Below the pieces are notes generated by a model, which worked only from the letters and a program-made list of their open reading frames with translations, was not told the origin of the DNA and searched no databases. Positions 11,101 to 22,776 of a DNA stretch of 64,000 bases are shown piece after piece. Both the position numbers and the translations under genes were made by a program. This DNA comes from Takakia lepidozioides (taxonomy: Eukaryota > Plantae > Bryophyta): assembly GCA_030704615.1 (NCBI GenBank), contig CM060734.1:48112001-48176000 (forward strand), in the 5' to 3' direction. The stretch's first letter is position 1. The number at the start of each line of letters is the position of its first letter.

Positions 11101-13683
11101 AGACCGAAAATGGCTAAGTCCCTGGACGGCAATAGGGCCTGGAACTGGAAAATGGCGCCGAATTTCCAGTTCCGGGCCAGCCAGTCTAGGGACTTAGCCA
11201 TTTTCGGAGCCCTGACTGGAAATTCGGCGCCATTTTCCCTAACACCACTTGAGGCCTCTAACATCCTGAAATGCCAGGACTTGAAAGAAAGGCAGCGCGT
11301 ATGTACATGTACAGAAGGCGCATTGCTGCTTTGTCCGCGTTCGGCTGGTCGGTGAACTCGTGGCTCCGGCGAGCATCTGCTATCTCCCGAAAGAATAGGT
11401 TGGTTTTGTAGAGCAGAAAGTACCTCGTCACATAGTCACGTAGGCTCTCTGCTGCAGGAGATATCTCCATCTTGAACTGATGTGCTTGTGTGTCCAGCTG
11501 CTCTTGCGCATTCGTCGTCACCTGTGGAGATTGTCCATCAGATCGCTTTCCTCAAAAAATACAATGAATCCACCCCCTACTAGAGTAGAAGCCCCAAACG
11601 AAGCGTGGGGAAGTACCTGAAACCACCATGTCATGCAGTTCATCCACATGTCGAATGTGGGGTCAGAGAGTTTGTCCGGTTTGGGGAAGCTCCACATGTC
11701 CCTGGTACTTTGGGAACCATTCCAGATTTGGAGCCACCGGGTCTGTCCAACCACCCAGCATATTCGTAAGCGCCAAACACCACAAAAAGGAGTTGTTGCC
11801 ACCACAATTTTGTTAAGAATGTATCACCTTTTCTGTTGCATCCACACAGGATGTGGCTAGACGATGGAGCTTCTCCAATGTCATCGTGGGCTTCAGAGCG
11901 CGAGAGTAGTGCTTCCCCACCTCCACCAGAAAGTCGGTACCAAGGGCGGGATCAGCTATGGCCATGTACTTTACCATCCGCGACTTGTACTTTATGCGGG
12001 CCCTCACCTCCGCAGCTTTGACATACGATTCGAGTTCCGGGAGGGTTGGATTCTTCTCCTCTGACTCCATGTAGAACCTCCGCGCATGTGCCAAATCCTG
12101 CTGTATTTTCGTCTGTCAAGAATGCGCACATAAGATTAGAGATCCTGCTCAACACAATTTCTTCTATTGGGGGAGGAGAGACAGATTAGCTCAACAAAAC
12201 TGTCAGGAGCTTTACCCGAAATATGTAGTCCACCATGGCGTCGACGCTCAGCCTATACCAGGTTCTGTCTGCCTTTGCCTCCGACTTGCGCAGGAGGTCG
12301 GCACTGAGGGAATTGGCAAACTCTTGCACCCCCTGCTTCCCGACATCCTTCACTCGGAAGAGCATATGGGACAAGTTGGTGGCAATGAAGGCATTCTCAG
12401 TCACCCTGCAGTGCCACATTTCCATCAAACAATACTGAAATGGGAATTTTCATCATATATGAGGATTCGCAATGAAATGACTTCCAAATTCAAAGTCCAA
12501 AAGCGAGAGGGGTTGTAGCTTACGAGTTGATGTCGGCCATTGCAGCTTTGAGAAGACTGCGATCTTTGGGCCCCGCAACCTTCAGCACAACACAATCGAC
12601 GGCGAAATGCCAATCGAGATCGTTGGGGTGGGCTTGGGCAATGTGCTCCATCCATGCCAGGAGGCGATGATTGCCGTCCCACACGTAGAACATCTTACCG
12701 GACATGTGCTGGAAAAGAGGATCACTAGCAATCGATCTCTCGAACTCCTCATTTCGCGTTTGCCAATGGGGACCCCATTTGTCCACCTCATCGGAAGTGT
12801 GGGCACGGGAAGCTCCGTGGTCGTTCTCAATGGAAACGTAAAACGCGGCAGACCCCATTCGATATCCATCCCGGAAAGAGAATTTCAGCTTGTCGATATC
12901 GCCTGGGAGGGCAGGTCTCACCACCTGCAATGACACCAAGCGGCAAAGGGGAATTCGAAGCTTGGCCGGGTACACCATGCCCCCCAGCACCCTGCCAATG
13001 TTGCTGTGGGTTGCCTCCAACATCTTGGCAGCGGCCAACTTCATATCCGCCTCAGACATGACGTCTGCTGCAGAGGGGTTTTCCGGCAGCCCACCAGGAC
13101 CGCCAAATCCAGCCTGTATGCTCCGGGTTTGGGGCCTGGGGATGTCCGGGAGGATGTCATCCTGGTCAGAAACCTCCATGTCGTCCTCCTCAACAGGGTC
13201 AGCCACCTGCGAAACCACCTCCAGCACTCTCGTCGTCTCTACTGCCCTCTCCCTGGCTTCACCTCGAACTTGCACAATCCGTGCTCTTTCAGGTGTTCTT
13301 TCCTCTCCTCCACTCTCCACCGTATGGGTAATTGCGGGGGCTGCTCTTGCCCGCGATGGTCTAACCGGTGTGTTACTGCCTCTCTGTGGTGTCTTGGAGG
13401 GATCCACCGTCTCTGTGTGTCCCTCGCTTACATTGGCATCTGTCATTTGGGCACCCCTGGCCTCTTCAGCTGCCTTTTGTCTTTCCTCCTGGCTAGCATT
13501 CTGTCTCGTCTGTTCTTTTGCCCTCTCTTTTGCCCTCTCACGGGCTTTCTGTTTCTTACTAGGGCTAGCAGCAGGGGAGCCCTCCAGGACGACCACCTTT
13601 GATTGAGGCGAACTGACACCCTCGCGCGCACTGCTCACTCCCCCCTCCGCAGCCCGTGACTGCTCTCTCGCCGGGGATTGCAT
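8151..13683 (-). CDS. Spliced ParB/Srx-like plus beta-class N4C/N6A DNA methyltransferase-like fusion gene (9 exons, ~1,340 aa, two apparent frameshifts)
   Basis: Phase-consistent GT-AG exons: 13683-12524, 12405-12216, 12112-11828, 11742-11617, 11521-11313 (or 11307), 10506-9376, 9287-9023, 8938-8740, 8610-8151. Exon 1 has KLRIPLCRL...VRP...FYVWDGNHRLLAW. The C-terminus has CDMILLDIPDG (motif IV-like) before RSPAFIQTLMETCSDVQGRILDLTCGTGASMWAGTLSDRHVFAFEPD (motifs X-I-II). Frameshifts at ~9772 and in the C-run 9669-9681. Confidence 0.8.
10535..11240. repeat. Intronic tandem array, 7 x 95 bp plus one inverted terminal site
   Basis: GGCGCC at 10584, 10679, 10774, 10869, 10964, 11059, 11154 (exactly 95 bp apart) and an inverted site at 11226. 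The consensus unit has the hairpin agggacttagcc-cgaaaat-ggctaagtccct. The array lies inside intron 5 (~11312-10507). Confidence 0.95.
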
Positions 13684-13805
13684 GTGCTTAGCTTTCTTCT
13701 TTCTTTTCGTGGGCGGGCCCTACTGCATGTGCATGAACAACCTCCATTGCCGGATCTGCTGTCCTCATGTCCTCACGCCCTTCACCTGCCATGCCGCCTG
13801 CACCA

Positions 13806-16713
13806 ACCTCCCCAATGCCTACTCTGTCGTAATCTCGTTGCAAGTCCTCCCGTCCACCAACAAAAGGTTTAAGTTTGCCCTCTCGCCCCAAGTTGGGCGA
13901 TTGAAACATGCGATGAGTTGGAGCTGTCGATGATACCACCAGCGTGCCGGCTCGTCGTCACTCTGTCATTGACAAAAATCGTGAAAACCAACATCGGTGC
14001 AAAAAGCAGCATCGCAACGAGCAGCGCAACCACCATAGCAACAATCATGTAGCAAAAATGAAAACATAACAAGTTTAGGAAGTATGAAGCCATGCAACAA
14101 CAATGAAAACAAAGCAACCATTGCCTAAGAATGACATGCACAAGCAGCCTTCTCCAGAGCTGCCGGATTTGCACACGCATTGCAAACAATCTAAGGTTCA
14201 CTCAACTATCTAAAGTTCACTCATACAGCAAAGCCAGGATGAAGATGCAAAAACAAAGCAAGGTAACAAAGCGAAAGCAAAAAATAAATCGAACAAACCG
14301 AAAGCAGAAGTGGCTTGCCTGAGAGTACTCGGCTTCAGTTGGCGCAGGTTGTGAGCAAGACACTGGAATCTCCTGCTGGAGCTTCAGTTTGGCCATGCGA
14401 GAGATTGGCCGTCGTCCGTAGTACAGAGCTTTCAACTTCCGCCGCGGTCTGGATGTGAGGTCTCTCTCAGGAGAGCCACGCCCTTCAGGCGGCATAAGTC
14501 CCAGCCAAAAAGATCTCATTTTTTGGGTACATGCCTGGAATACCATGTTAAGCCAAGATTAGCATGAGATTTAGGATACGTGTCCAGAAAGCCATGCGTC
14601 GCCAGCCCGAATAATAACCGACGGCGGTCAACATTTATTGCCCAACTGCGCAATTAAATGTCGGATGAAGCCCTCCATGTCGGATGAAAATCGACGTAAA
14701 CAGTCCCGGAATTTCCAACGTAGAGGTAATTCGGGAGCGCTGCACGATGGAATTCCGGCGCCGGATTTCCATCCTGCAGGTAATTCGGAGCGCAGCAGGA
14801 TGGATATCCGGTGCCGAATTTCCATCCGCGGAGGAAGGGCGGCGCTGGAAATTTCCCTCACGCAGGTAATTCGGAAGCGCGCGGATGGAAATCCGGCGAC
14901 GAATTTCCATCCAGCCAGGTAGGGCGGCGCTGGAAATTTCCCTCACGCAGGTAATTCGGAAGCGCGCGGATGGAAATCCGGCGGCGCCGAATTTCCATCC
15001 GCGGAGGTAGGGCGGCGCTGGAAATTTCCCTCACGCAGGTAATTCGGAAGCGCGCGAATGGAAATCCGGCGCCGAATTTCCATCCGCGGAGGTAGGGCGG
15101 CACTGGAAATTTCCCTCACGCAGGTAATTCAGAAGCGCGCGGATGGAAATCCGGCGACGAATTTCCATCCAGCCAGGTAGGGCGGCGCTGGAAATTTCCC
15201 TCACGCAGGTAATTCGGAAGCGCGCGGATGGAAATCCGGCGCCGAATTTCCATCCGCGGAGGTAGGGCGGCGCTGGAAATTTTCCTCACGCAGGTAATTC
15301 GGAAGCGTGCGGATGGAAATCCGGCGCCGAATTTCCATCCGCGAGGTAGGGGCGGCGCTGGAAATTTCCCTCACGCAGGTATTCCGAAGCGCGCGGATGG
15401 AAATCCGGCGCCGAATTTCCATCCGCGGAGGTAGAGCGGCGCGCCGAATTTCCCTCACGCAGGTAATTCGGTGCCGAATTTCCATCATGCAGGTAATTCG
15501 AATACCGGATGAATGGAAATTCGGCGCCGAATTTCCATCCTGCAGGTGAGTGGAATCCCGGATAAATGGAAATTCGGCGCCGAATTTCCATCCTGCAGGT
15601 AATTCGAATCCCGGATGAATGGAAATTCGGCGCCGAATTTCCATCGAGCAGGTAAGTCGGATCGGTGCCGTATGGATATTCGGCGCCGAATTTCCATTCG
15701 CCATGTATTTCTGAGCGAGGAATTACCTTCGTGCAGGTAATTCCCAGATGAGAATTACCTTCCTGCAGGTAATTCGTCGATCAGAATTACCTTCGTGCAG
15801 GTAATTCTGGACGAGGAATTAACATCCTACCGGCATCGATTGGAATTACCTGCAGGAAGGTAATTCTGAGCGATGAAATACATGGCGAATGGAAATTCGG
15901 CGCCGAATATCCATACGCCACCGATCCGACTTACCTGCTGGATGGAAATTCGGCGCCGAATTTCCATTCATCCGTGATTCGAATTACCTGCAGGATGGAA
16001 ATTCGGTGCCGAATTTCCATTTATCCGGGATTCCACTTACCTGCTGGATGGAAATTCGGCGCCGAATTTCCATTCATCCGGTATTCGAATTACCTGCAGG
16101 ATGGAAATTCGGCGCCGAATCTCCATCCATCCGAGATTCCACTTACCTGCTGGATGGAGATTCGGCGCCGAATCTCCATCCATCCGGGATTCCACTTACC
16201 TGCTTGATGGAAATTCGGCGCCGAATCTCCATCCATCCGGGATTCCACTTACCTGCTGGATGGAAATTCGGCGCCGAATTTCCATCCGGGGGATGGTCTC
16301 TGTCGGAGAGGTGCCGCCTCTCCGCCGCTCTGTTGGATATTCAGGGCCGAATTTCCGTCCCGGGGGTTGAAATATGACGGCCAGGTGCCGACCTCTCCCT
16401 TCTCCCCGACTGCATTGGAACGGCCCCGAATTGAAATTCGGCGCCGTTTTCCCATCTGGGGAGGTTTTTATGTCGGCCAGTTTTCGGTCTGACCCCCCGA
16501 CAAGACTTCCTTTGGGGGGGGCCGGATGGAAATTCGGCGCCGAATCTCCATCCAGGGGATGTTCTCTGTCGCACACTCGCCGGCCTCTGCGCCCGAGGCG
16601 ACTTCATCCGGGCGTCCCCTGTTCGATATTCGGTGCCGAATTTCCGTCCGGGGGTTGAAATGTGACGGCCAAGTGCCGGCCACTCCCCCTCCCCGACTGC
16701 ATCCGAACCGCCC
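13806..16713. repeat. Copy B of the duplicated block, including palindrome array B (~14700-16700); truncated at ~16713
   Basis: Direct match to 1-2820, with different numbers of repeat units per arm; core at ~15710-15875. Confidence 0.95.
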
Positions 16714-17675
16714 CAACTGCTCAGCGATTAATGCGATTAATGCTGAAGAACCACATGGCGTAACCAGGCGGGCCGCCCGTGTGTCTGATGTTTTGAGCTG
16801 ACTTTGACTTTTCCCTCCGGATAAGTGGACTGACTCATCTGGGGCGCGGTGACACATGGACGCGGACGTGGATGCGGACGTGGATGCCGATGTGGCGGCG
16901 CCGCGACGAGCGGTAATGCCGCCGCGTGGCCACGGGCTCAAGACGCCACATCGCAGTCGGCCACATAACTTGGAGTGCTGCATGTCACGTGGCAACAGCC
17001 ACTGGCGAAGTCGACTGCACAACTGCCGGCAGACGAATCCACAGGGACCACGTGGAGAGTGTGTGGGTCGACGCGTGGCGTCGTCCCCACGCAATGGCAG
17101 TGAGGGGTACGACTGCTAGTGGAAAGACGCAGAGTGCTTGTACCATCTCGGGACTGCTTTGGCCAACTTCGCTGCCACTATGCTAGTTGGTTGCACTACA
17201 GTAGGAAAGCACTGCAAATGAGCACTTGTAGTGGTTTGTGTGAGTTGTCCAACTGACTTGCATTCTAAGCTGAAAATATGGTTCTGATGCATTCTACTGG
17301 TTTTAGTGGTTCACCCATATGCAGGGGGAATTGAGAAGCAATGATATTGGGCGACACTAAGAACACAGACCACGATGCATGCACAACATCACGCTAATGA
17401 ACCAAATAGACGAGGCAACAGGGAGACCAAAGACCATCACACATACACATAGAAGGTGGACGGACACGACGACAAGTCAGGAAATGGAATATTGCATTCA
17501 AATTGGAGACCGTTACGGCACACCTGCATATGAGCAAGACTAAATGCCAACATACATGGTTGCCGGACATCACTTAAACTGTCATGGCCCAAATGTACAA
17601 AACTGGTAACGTGAGTATCATACACACTTCTATGAGTATCATTACACACCCAACAGGGACTACAAACATGAAATG

Positions 17676-20600
17676 TCACTTGATACCTTCACCCCTCCTC
17701 ATACTCTTCTCTGGCCACAGAGTCACCGTGCCTTTCACGTGCGCTAGTGTGGTCTGGGGGGGGGGGGCATCGTCCACATTTGGGCAAGGCAGTGTAACAC
17801 TTGGAAGCATGATCTCATGGACTTTCACCTTGTACCACCCGGATGGAATGTCCTTGCAGTGGAACTTGTCAACCCCGGCTATTCCCACCACTTCCGCCTT
17901 GGCGGCGGCTGTCTTTGACCGCTTGTCATGGGGGTTCAGGAGAAACACAGGATCTGATATCTGCAGACACCAACATCAGGGTCCACTCAGCAACAAACAT
18001 AGCAATGACAGGGTGAAAGTCAAGCGCAGCTGGGCATGGAAACGATCTTGGTTGCCACAATACTGAATCAGCAGCAAATTCATGGTGTACCAACCTACCT
18101 TGAAGCGAAGCTCGTCGCTGAGGGTGGCAACTGAGGAAAGCTGCCCACGTGTCTTCAACTGCAACAACAAAAAGAGGTTTAGTCAGACGGATAAGAATAA
18201 CATGAACTCTGGTGGTTGCAATGGTATAAACACACCTCCACGGAGCAAGCTAACTTACACCCTGCTCAGACCGTGCACACTACAACCTCCTGGCAAAAAT
18301 AACCCTACTAAAAACCAGCCAGGCAAAGCAAAGAGCCATGAATGCATGCCTGGGGAACCACGTCCTGCTGCGATGATGGTGCCGGGGACAGCCCACTCCT
18401 CTTGCTCACCTGCAATGAATACACATTGCAACGCTTCAGGAAGTGTATCCATAAAGGAAACCAACCAAGTAAGTTTGCGGAGAGGGGCTGGGAACAACCA
18501 TACCTTGGAGCCTGCCTCCTCATGCCGGGGGGGAAATCCGGAATGCTACCGCCGTAGCACTATGGTCCTTGGCGCAGGACCCACCTTCTTCACAGACGAC
18601 CCCACTGCCACTCCCTGTACATGTGGTCCCTGCAAAACATATAGTGCCAGCCTTGCGTGAGAGGGCATCCGGGGGAACAAAACAAACATATCTTATCATC
18701 GATGTCATGTTGCAAACAGTAAGGTTAGTTTCACCTGCATGGGCGCAGAAGTACTTCCCCCAACGACCCCATCCTCTCCCACATTCAAGCTGCCAGTCGG
18801 GGTCAGCTTCCGCGTGCTTGTGAAGACACGCACATCCTTGGAGCAAAACAAATCTTGGCAGTAGGGCCAGACTGTTTCTAAAAGGTACTCTGAATCGGGC
18901 CCCTCACTGACATTGCTAGTGACATCAAACGACAATAGATGGACCATGTTCAAAGGGGAGTTCCCCCTCCCCTTGTGTGGTGAATCATCCACTAGGAGGG
19001 TGTTGGATTCGTTAAATCCAGAAAATTCCGACCACACCCTCGACAGTCTCTTCTGTAAGTTCTGTACGGCAGGCCCTTTTGTGGGGTGTGGCTCTGTCTA
19101 GGGGTCACACTCCTCTTGTGACCACACAAAGAGGGGAGAACCCTTGACCCCCTGCATCACCACTTTGAAGATGTCTGCAACATTCCCCTTGGAAGCACAG
19201 GACCATATCCCAACGTAGAAATGCCGGAAGAGAAGGTTTAAAAACTCGCAGACCTGGGGCCTTGGGAAAACATACTTGTTGGTGGTCAACACCCATGGCC
19301 AATGACGCCTCGGGTTGGGCTGAAAGTTAGGAATAGAGTGGCACAGGATCCCGTTCAGGTCTAGAACAATTAGTTTCGACTTTTCTATGAAAGGAACTTT
19401 TGAAGGGGTGTCACGGGGTCTCACCTCAGTGGGTTGGGAGACAACAGTCACCCCGGAGGGCAAAGTTTCGGTCCCCCTGCAGCCTGGACCAGGCAAACTA
19501 CCACCCTCTCCCCCTACAGCTTCCCCTTTTCCCTTGATAGAATGAGCAATGACCCCCCCATCGTCCATGTCATCCCCACCAACTCGCTGGACCTCTCCCT
19601 CTTCAACGAGTGGACCCTGCCCCCCACTGTGAATATCATCAACAACAGGCTGGACCTCTGTCACATCCCTACCCACTACAATTACTTCCTCCTTCTCAGG
19701 TACAATGGTCGCAGCAGGGGGGTCTTCCATAATGCCACCCGTCACACCCCCTTTTTGCCTCATCATGAGTTCCACTATCTTCTTCAGTTGTGCTTCCATT
19801 CCCCTCTCCCGCTCCGCAGAGAGAGCCGCAAGCCTCTCCAGGCCCCGATGCGGGCTGCCATTGAGTTCCCCGCTCCCTACGCATACAAACACCCACCCGT
19901 ACTGTTAAAAACCAGAAGAAGAGGCCGAATGTGCAGGATTTCAGGCATTCGGAGATGGCTGGGTTTGGCATAACACCCCTCGTGTACCATGCTTGGGGGC
20001 CCCACATACCCACCAAATCTTAGTACAACAACAGATTCATGAATGGAAACCGGACTTCAAAACATACCTGGCTCAAAACAGACTCTGATGGGGTGCCAGT
20101 CGCATAGTTCTTTTGCTCCGCCCCGAGCTCGGACAGTGACGGGCTCCGCGCTTTGCGTCTTTTCTGTATTTGCCCATCCACACACTGTCAGTACAAAATG
20201 CCAGGAGCATATGGACAAAGCACTGCCCTGCATATCACATAACAACTAATTCTGCACAAGCAATAAAACCCTCTCGTGGGTGTCTCTTCCATCAGAACAT
20301 GCCACAACGTAGGAGCAATGAGAAGGGGGTGAGGAGATTACCAAACGGGCTGCTTGGCCTGCAACTCCTGCCCAGCCCCAACGCGAGGGGTTCGTGACAC
20401 AAGCACGCGCTTGCTTCATCCCTTCAGCCTTTGCAAGTCCACGAGGGGACTCCCAGTAGGCAACAAGCTTATCCCAATAGGCGGGTTCAGTGTTCATTGG
20501 CCTCACACCAGTCTTTGCCCATTTATCTTTCAGTTTTGCTCTTTCTCCTTTCATTATCTTCCCACATTGCTTCACTATAAAATCACGATTGGCAGGGATA

Positions 20601-20980
20601 GGTCTGTACTCGTACATTCCATTTATGCCCTCTATTACTGTTGACATGGCACTCTGGGACTGCTGGTCAATGTCTTGTACGCTTGAGTCAAGGTAACGCA
20701 ATGCCAGGCCACGCAAATCACGCTGCCAGTGTTCCTTACCTTCGCAGCCAACATTGATGACTCCATTTCCATGCACCTCCACCTTGTGGCGCTTTAGCCC
20801 TGCAGCCACCCTTCCCTCTCCATCTCCTTCCCATTGTTTCATGGCATGGCGTCGTTCCTTCCTCAGCTCTGATGTCCGTTTCCTGCCCCCATGCTCTGGA
20901 GCAGCGCCGTCATACGTTGTGGGGGTGACTGATGTGTGCCGGAGGGGGGAGGGCCGTATGGAGATGTGGGAGGCCCCCAT
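17676..20980 (-). pseudogene. CACTA (En/Spm) TnpA-like multi-exon gene with an internal NIF/FCP1 phosphatase domain
   Basis: Ptta/En-Spm-like exon WDKLVAYWESPRGLAKAEGMKQAR (donor at 20341), exon 20163-20068, NIF exon 19901-18735, and last exon from 17960 with Tnp1-like KFHCKDIPSGWYKVKVHEIMLPSVTLPCP...TLAHVKGTVTLWP. Premature TAG at 19098-19100. Confidence 0.75.
18800..19380 (-). other. NIF/FCP1-homology HAD phosphatase domain
   Basis: KLIVLDLNGILCH...FPRPQVCEFL...VGIWSCA...LFVWSQEEC...KRLSRVW...NTLLVDDSPHKG; in frame across one stop codon. Confidence 0.85.
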
Positions 20981-21599
20981 TGTGACGTGCCAGCATCAGA
21001 AAGCCAGCGCCACGACCCCGAAGCAGGGGGGGCTCCCCATGGTGCACTCTGTTGTGGAGACCATGCGGCAGGGGGTGGGTGCCAAGGTTGGTGTTGGTTG
21101 GCATTGTGTGGTGGCTGTGAGTGCTTTGCTGCAGCTTCACTCCCCTTCCGCTGCCAAAAACATCCCACACACAAGGTGCATCAGCTGTAGTCCTACTGAA
21201 CACAACGTCACCAGAGCACAAACGATCCCACAACCACAACTATGGATTGGCTGACCTCAAACCCACTCCCCTGCAGCGCAAGTGCCAAAAACTGAAAAGG
21301 AGAGGGACAGAATGTCCTCATAACATGTAAGGCCATTCATTGGTGAAGAAACATAATGTGGGCGGGTTCACATCAGTACCATCATACACACTTACCAGGA
21401 AACAGAACATCCATCTGGGTTTTGCACATAGGGAGTGGACATCTATTCACACAATCAGCAAATGGTTGTATGGCGGAGCCCAGCATCGGAGCCCCAAAAG
21501 GCCTAAAGACTCTCAATGTTTGTAAACACAGGTGCAGACACAATTCAATTGATAGCTTGGATATCCGGTGGTCTGTATGGTGATAGCACCCCGGGCAGT

Positions 21600-22757
21600 G
21601 AGTCAGACAATGACCCTATGACGTTGGTAGTAAGACTTACCTTCGTATAAAGCATTGATCCGGGTTTTCCAGATATCCTCTAGAAATCCCTTCACACAAG
21701 CATCAATCTGCTGTGTGATTTGCCCAAAAACTAGGCCTCAGGAGGGCCTGGGCTTTTGGCTCAGCCTCGAGTCTTTCAAAGTTGGTAAACAGGGGTACAG
21801 GCACAATTCCCTTGATAGAATTGAAGAGAGCGTCTCTTTGGTGAGAGAACCCCGGACAGCGTATCAGAAAATGAATATTGTCTTCAGATTGCCCACACAA
21901 CGGACAATTGCACTCTCCCTTTCCGATCTGCTTCTGTTTGCTGTTCAAAGGTAGGCTTCCTGCCCTGAGTTTAAATTTCAGTCTAGTGCCGAGAGTGGGT
22001 GGACCCTTCAGGTCATCCAAGATGTCCACCCCCATGTCACTGACTGGAAACAAGTTCAGGGAAGTTCTCTGCCTAACTTCATTTTCATCAGACAATCTCA
22101 TGGCAACAGACATGGCTTCAGACACTACAGCCTGTAAGGCAGATTTATCCAGCAGGGTCAAGACTTGCGGATCCAGGTCCAGGTCCTTGAGAATCTTTTC
22201 TACTCTCTTCTGCCAGGACTTAGTCTGTTTGACAGGGCGGTCCTGTTTCCAAGATTTAGAGTCGATCAACTTAGGATATCTGGTGTTGGGCATATGTTGC
22301 AGCTGACCCCACCATCTGACCTTGAATTCATCTCGTCGGGAGCTTAAGGATGGGATGCCAAACTCACCCCCGAACAGCCACATTGGCTGTTTTCTCCATG
22401 CTGACATACACTCCTTAAGCACCCCCACTTGAATGGATTCTAGAGACTTAGCCTGGTTGGAGTTATCAACCCATATAGCAGATCCGTACTCCAAGGCAGG
22501 TCTAATAACGCGACAAAGCATGGTTTTCTTAACCTCAGAGATGACCCCTCTGCAGTGGAAAAATTTAGTGAGCCCCAGAGCTTTGCCCTTGCCAGTTTGA
22601 ACAACTTTCCGTATATGTGCATCCCAATTACAATTGGAGGAAAACTCAACGCCTAGGTAAGTGTAGGAAGGGAGGACCGAGATCTCTTGGCTACCCCACT
22701 GCCACTTAAGATCACTTCCTCCCTCTCCTCTGTCGTTGATTGCTACCACTGCACATT
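21600..22757 (-). mobile_element. 5'-truncated non-LTR retrotransposon (RTE-X/L2-like RT C-terminus and zinc finger)
   Basis: SYTYLGVEF...IRPALEYGSAIW...RYPKL...KLRAGSLPL...CPLCGQSEDNIHFLIRCP. Confidence 0.85.
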
Positions 22758-22776
22758 TCTGCCTAACTTCATTTTC

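Noticed and set aside
12890-13606. 238-aa plus-strand ORF
   Set aside because: Antisense shadow of the ParB exon.
8151-13683. Bacterial or phage contamination as the source of the ParB-MTase gene
   Set aside because: The gene has eight spliceosomal-type introns and is embedded among plant PPR and TE sequences.
17110-17210. CACTA terminal inverted repeat candidates (ctagtggaaa, cactacagtagg)
   Set aside because: No matching right-hand terminus with a 3-bp TSD could be identified.
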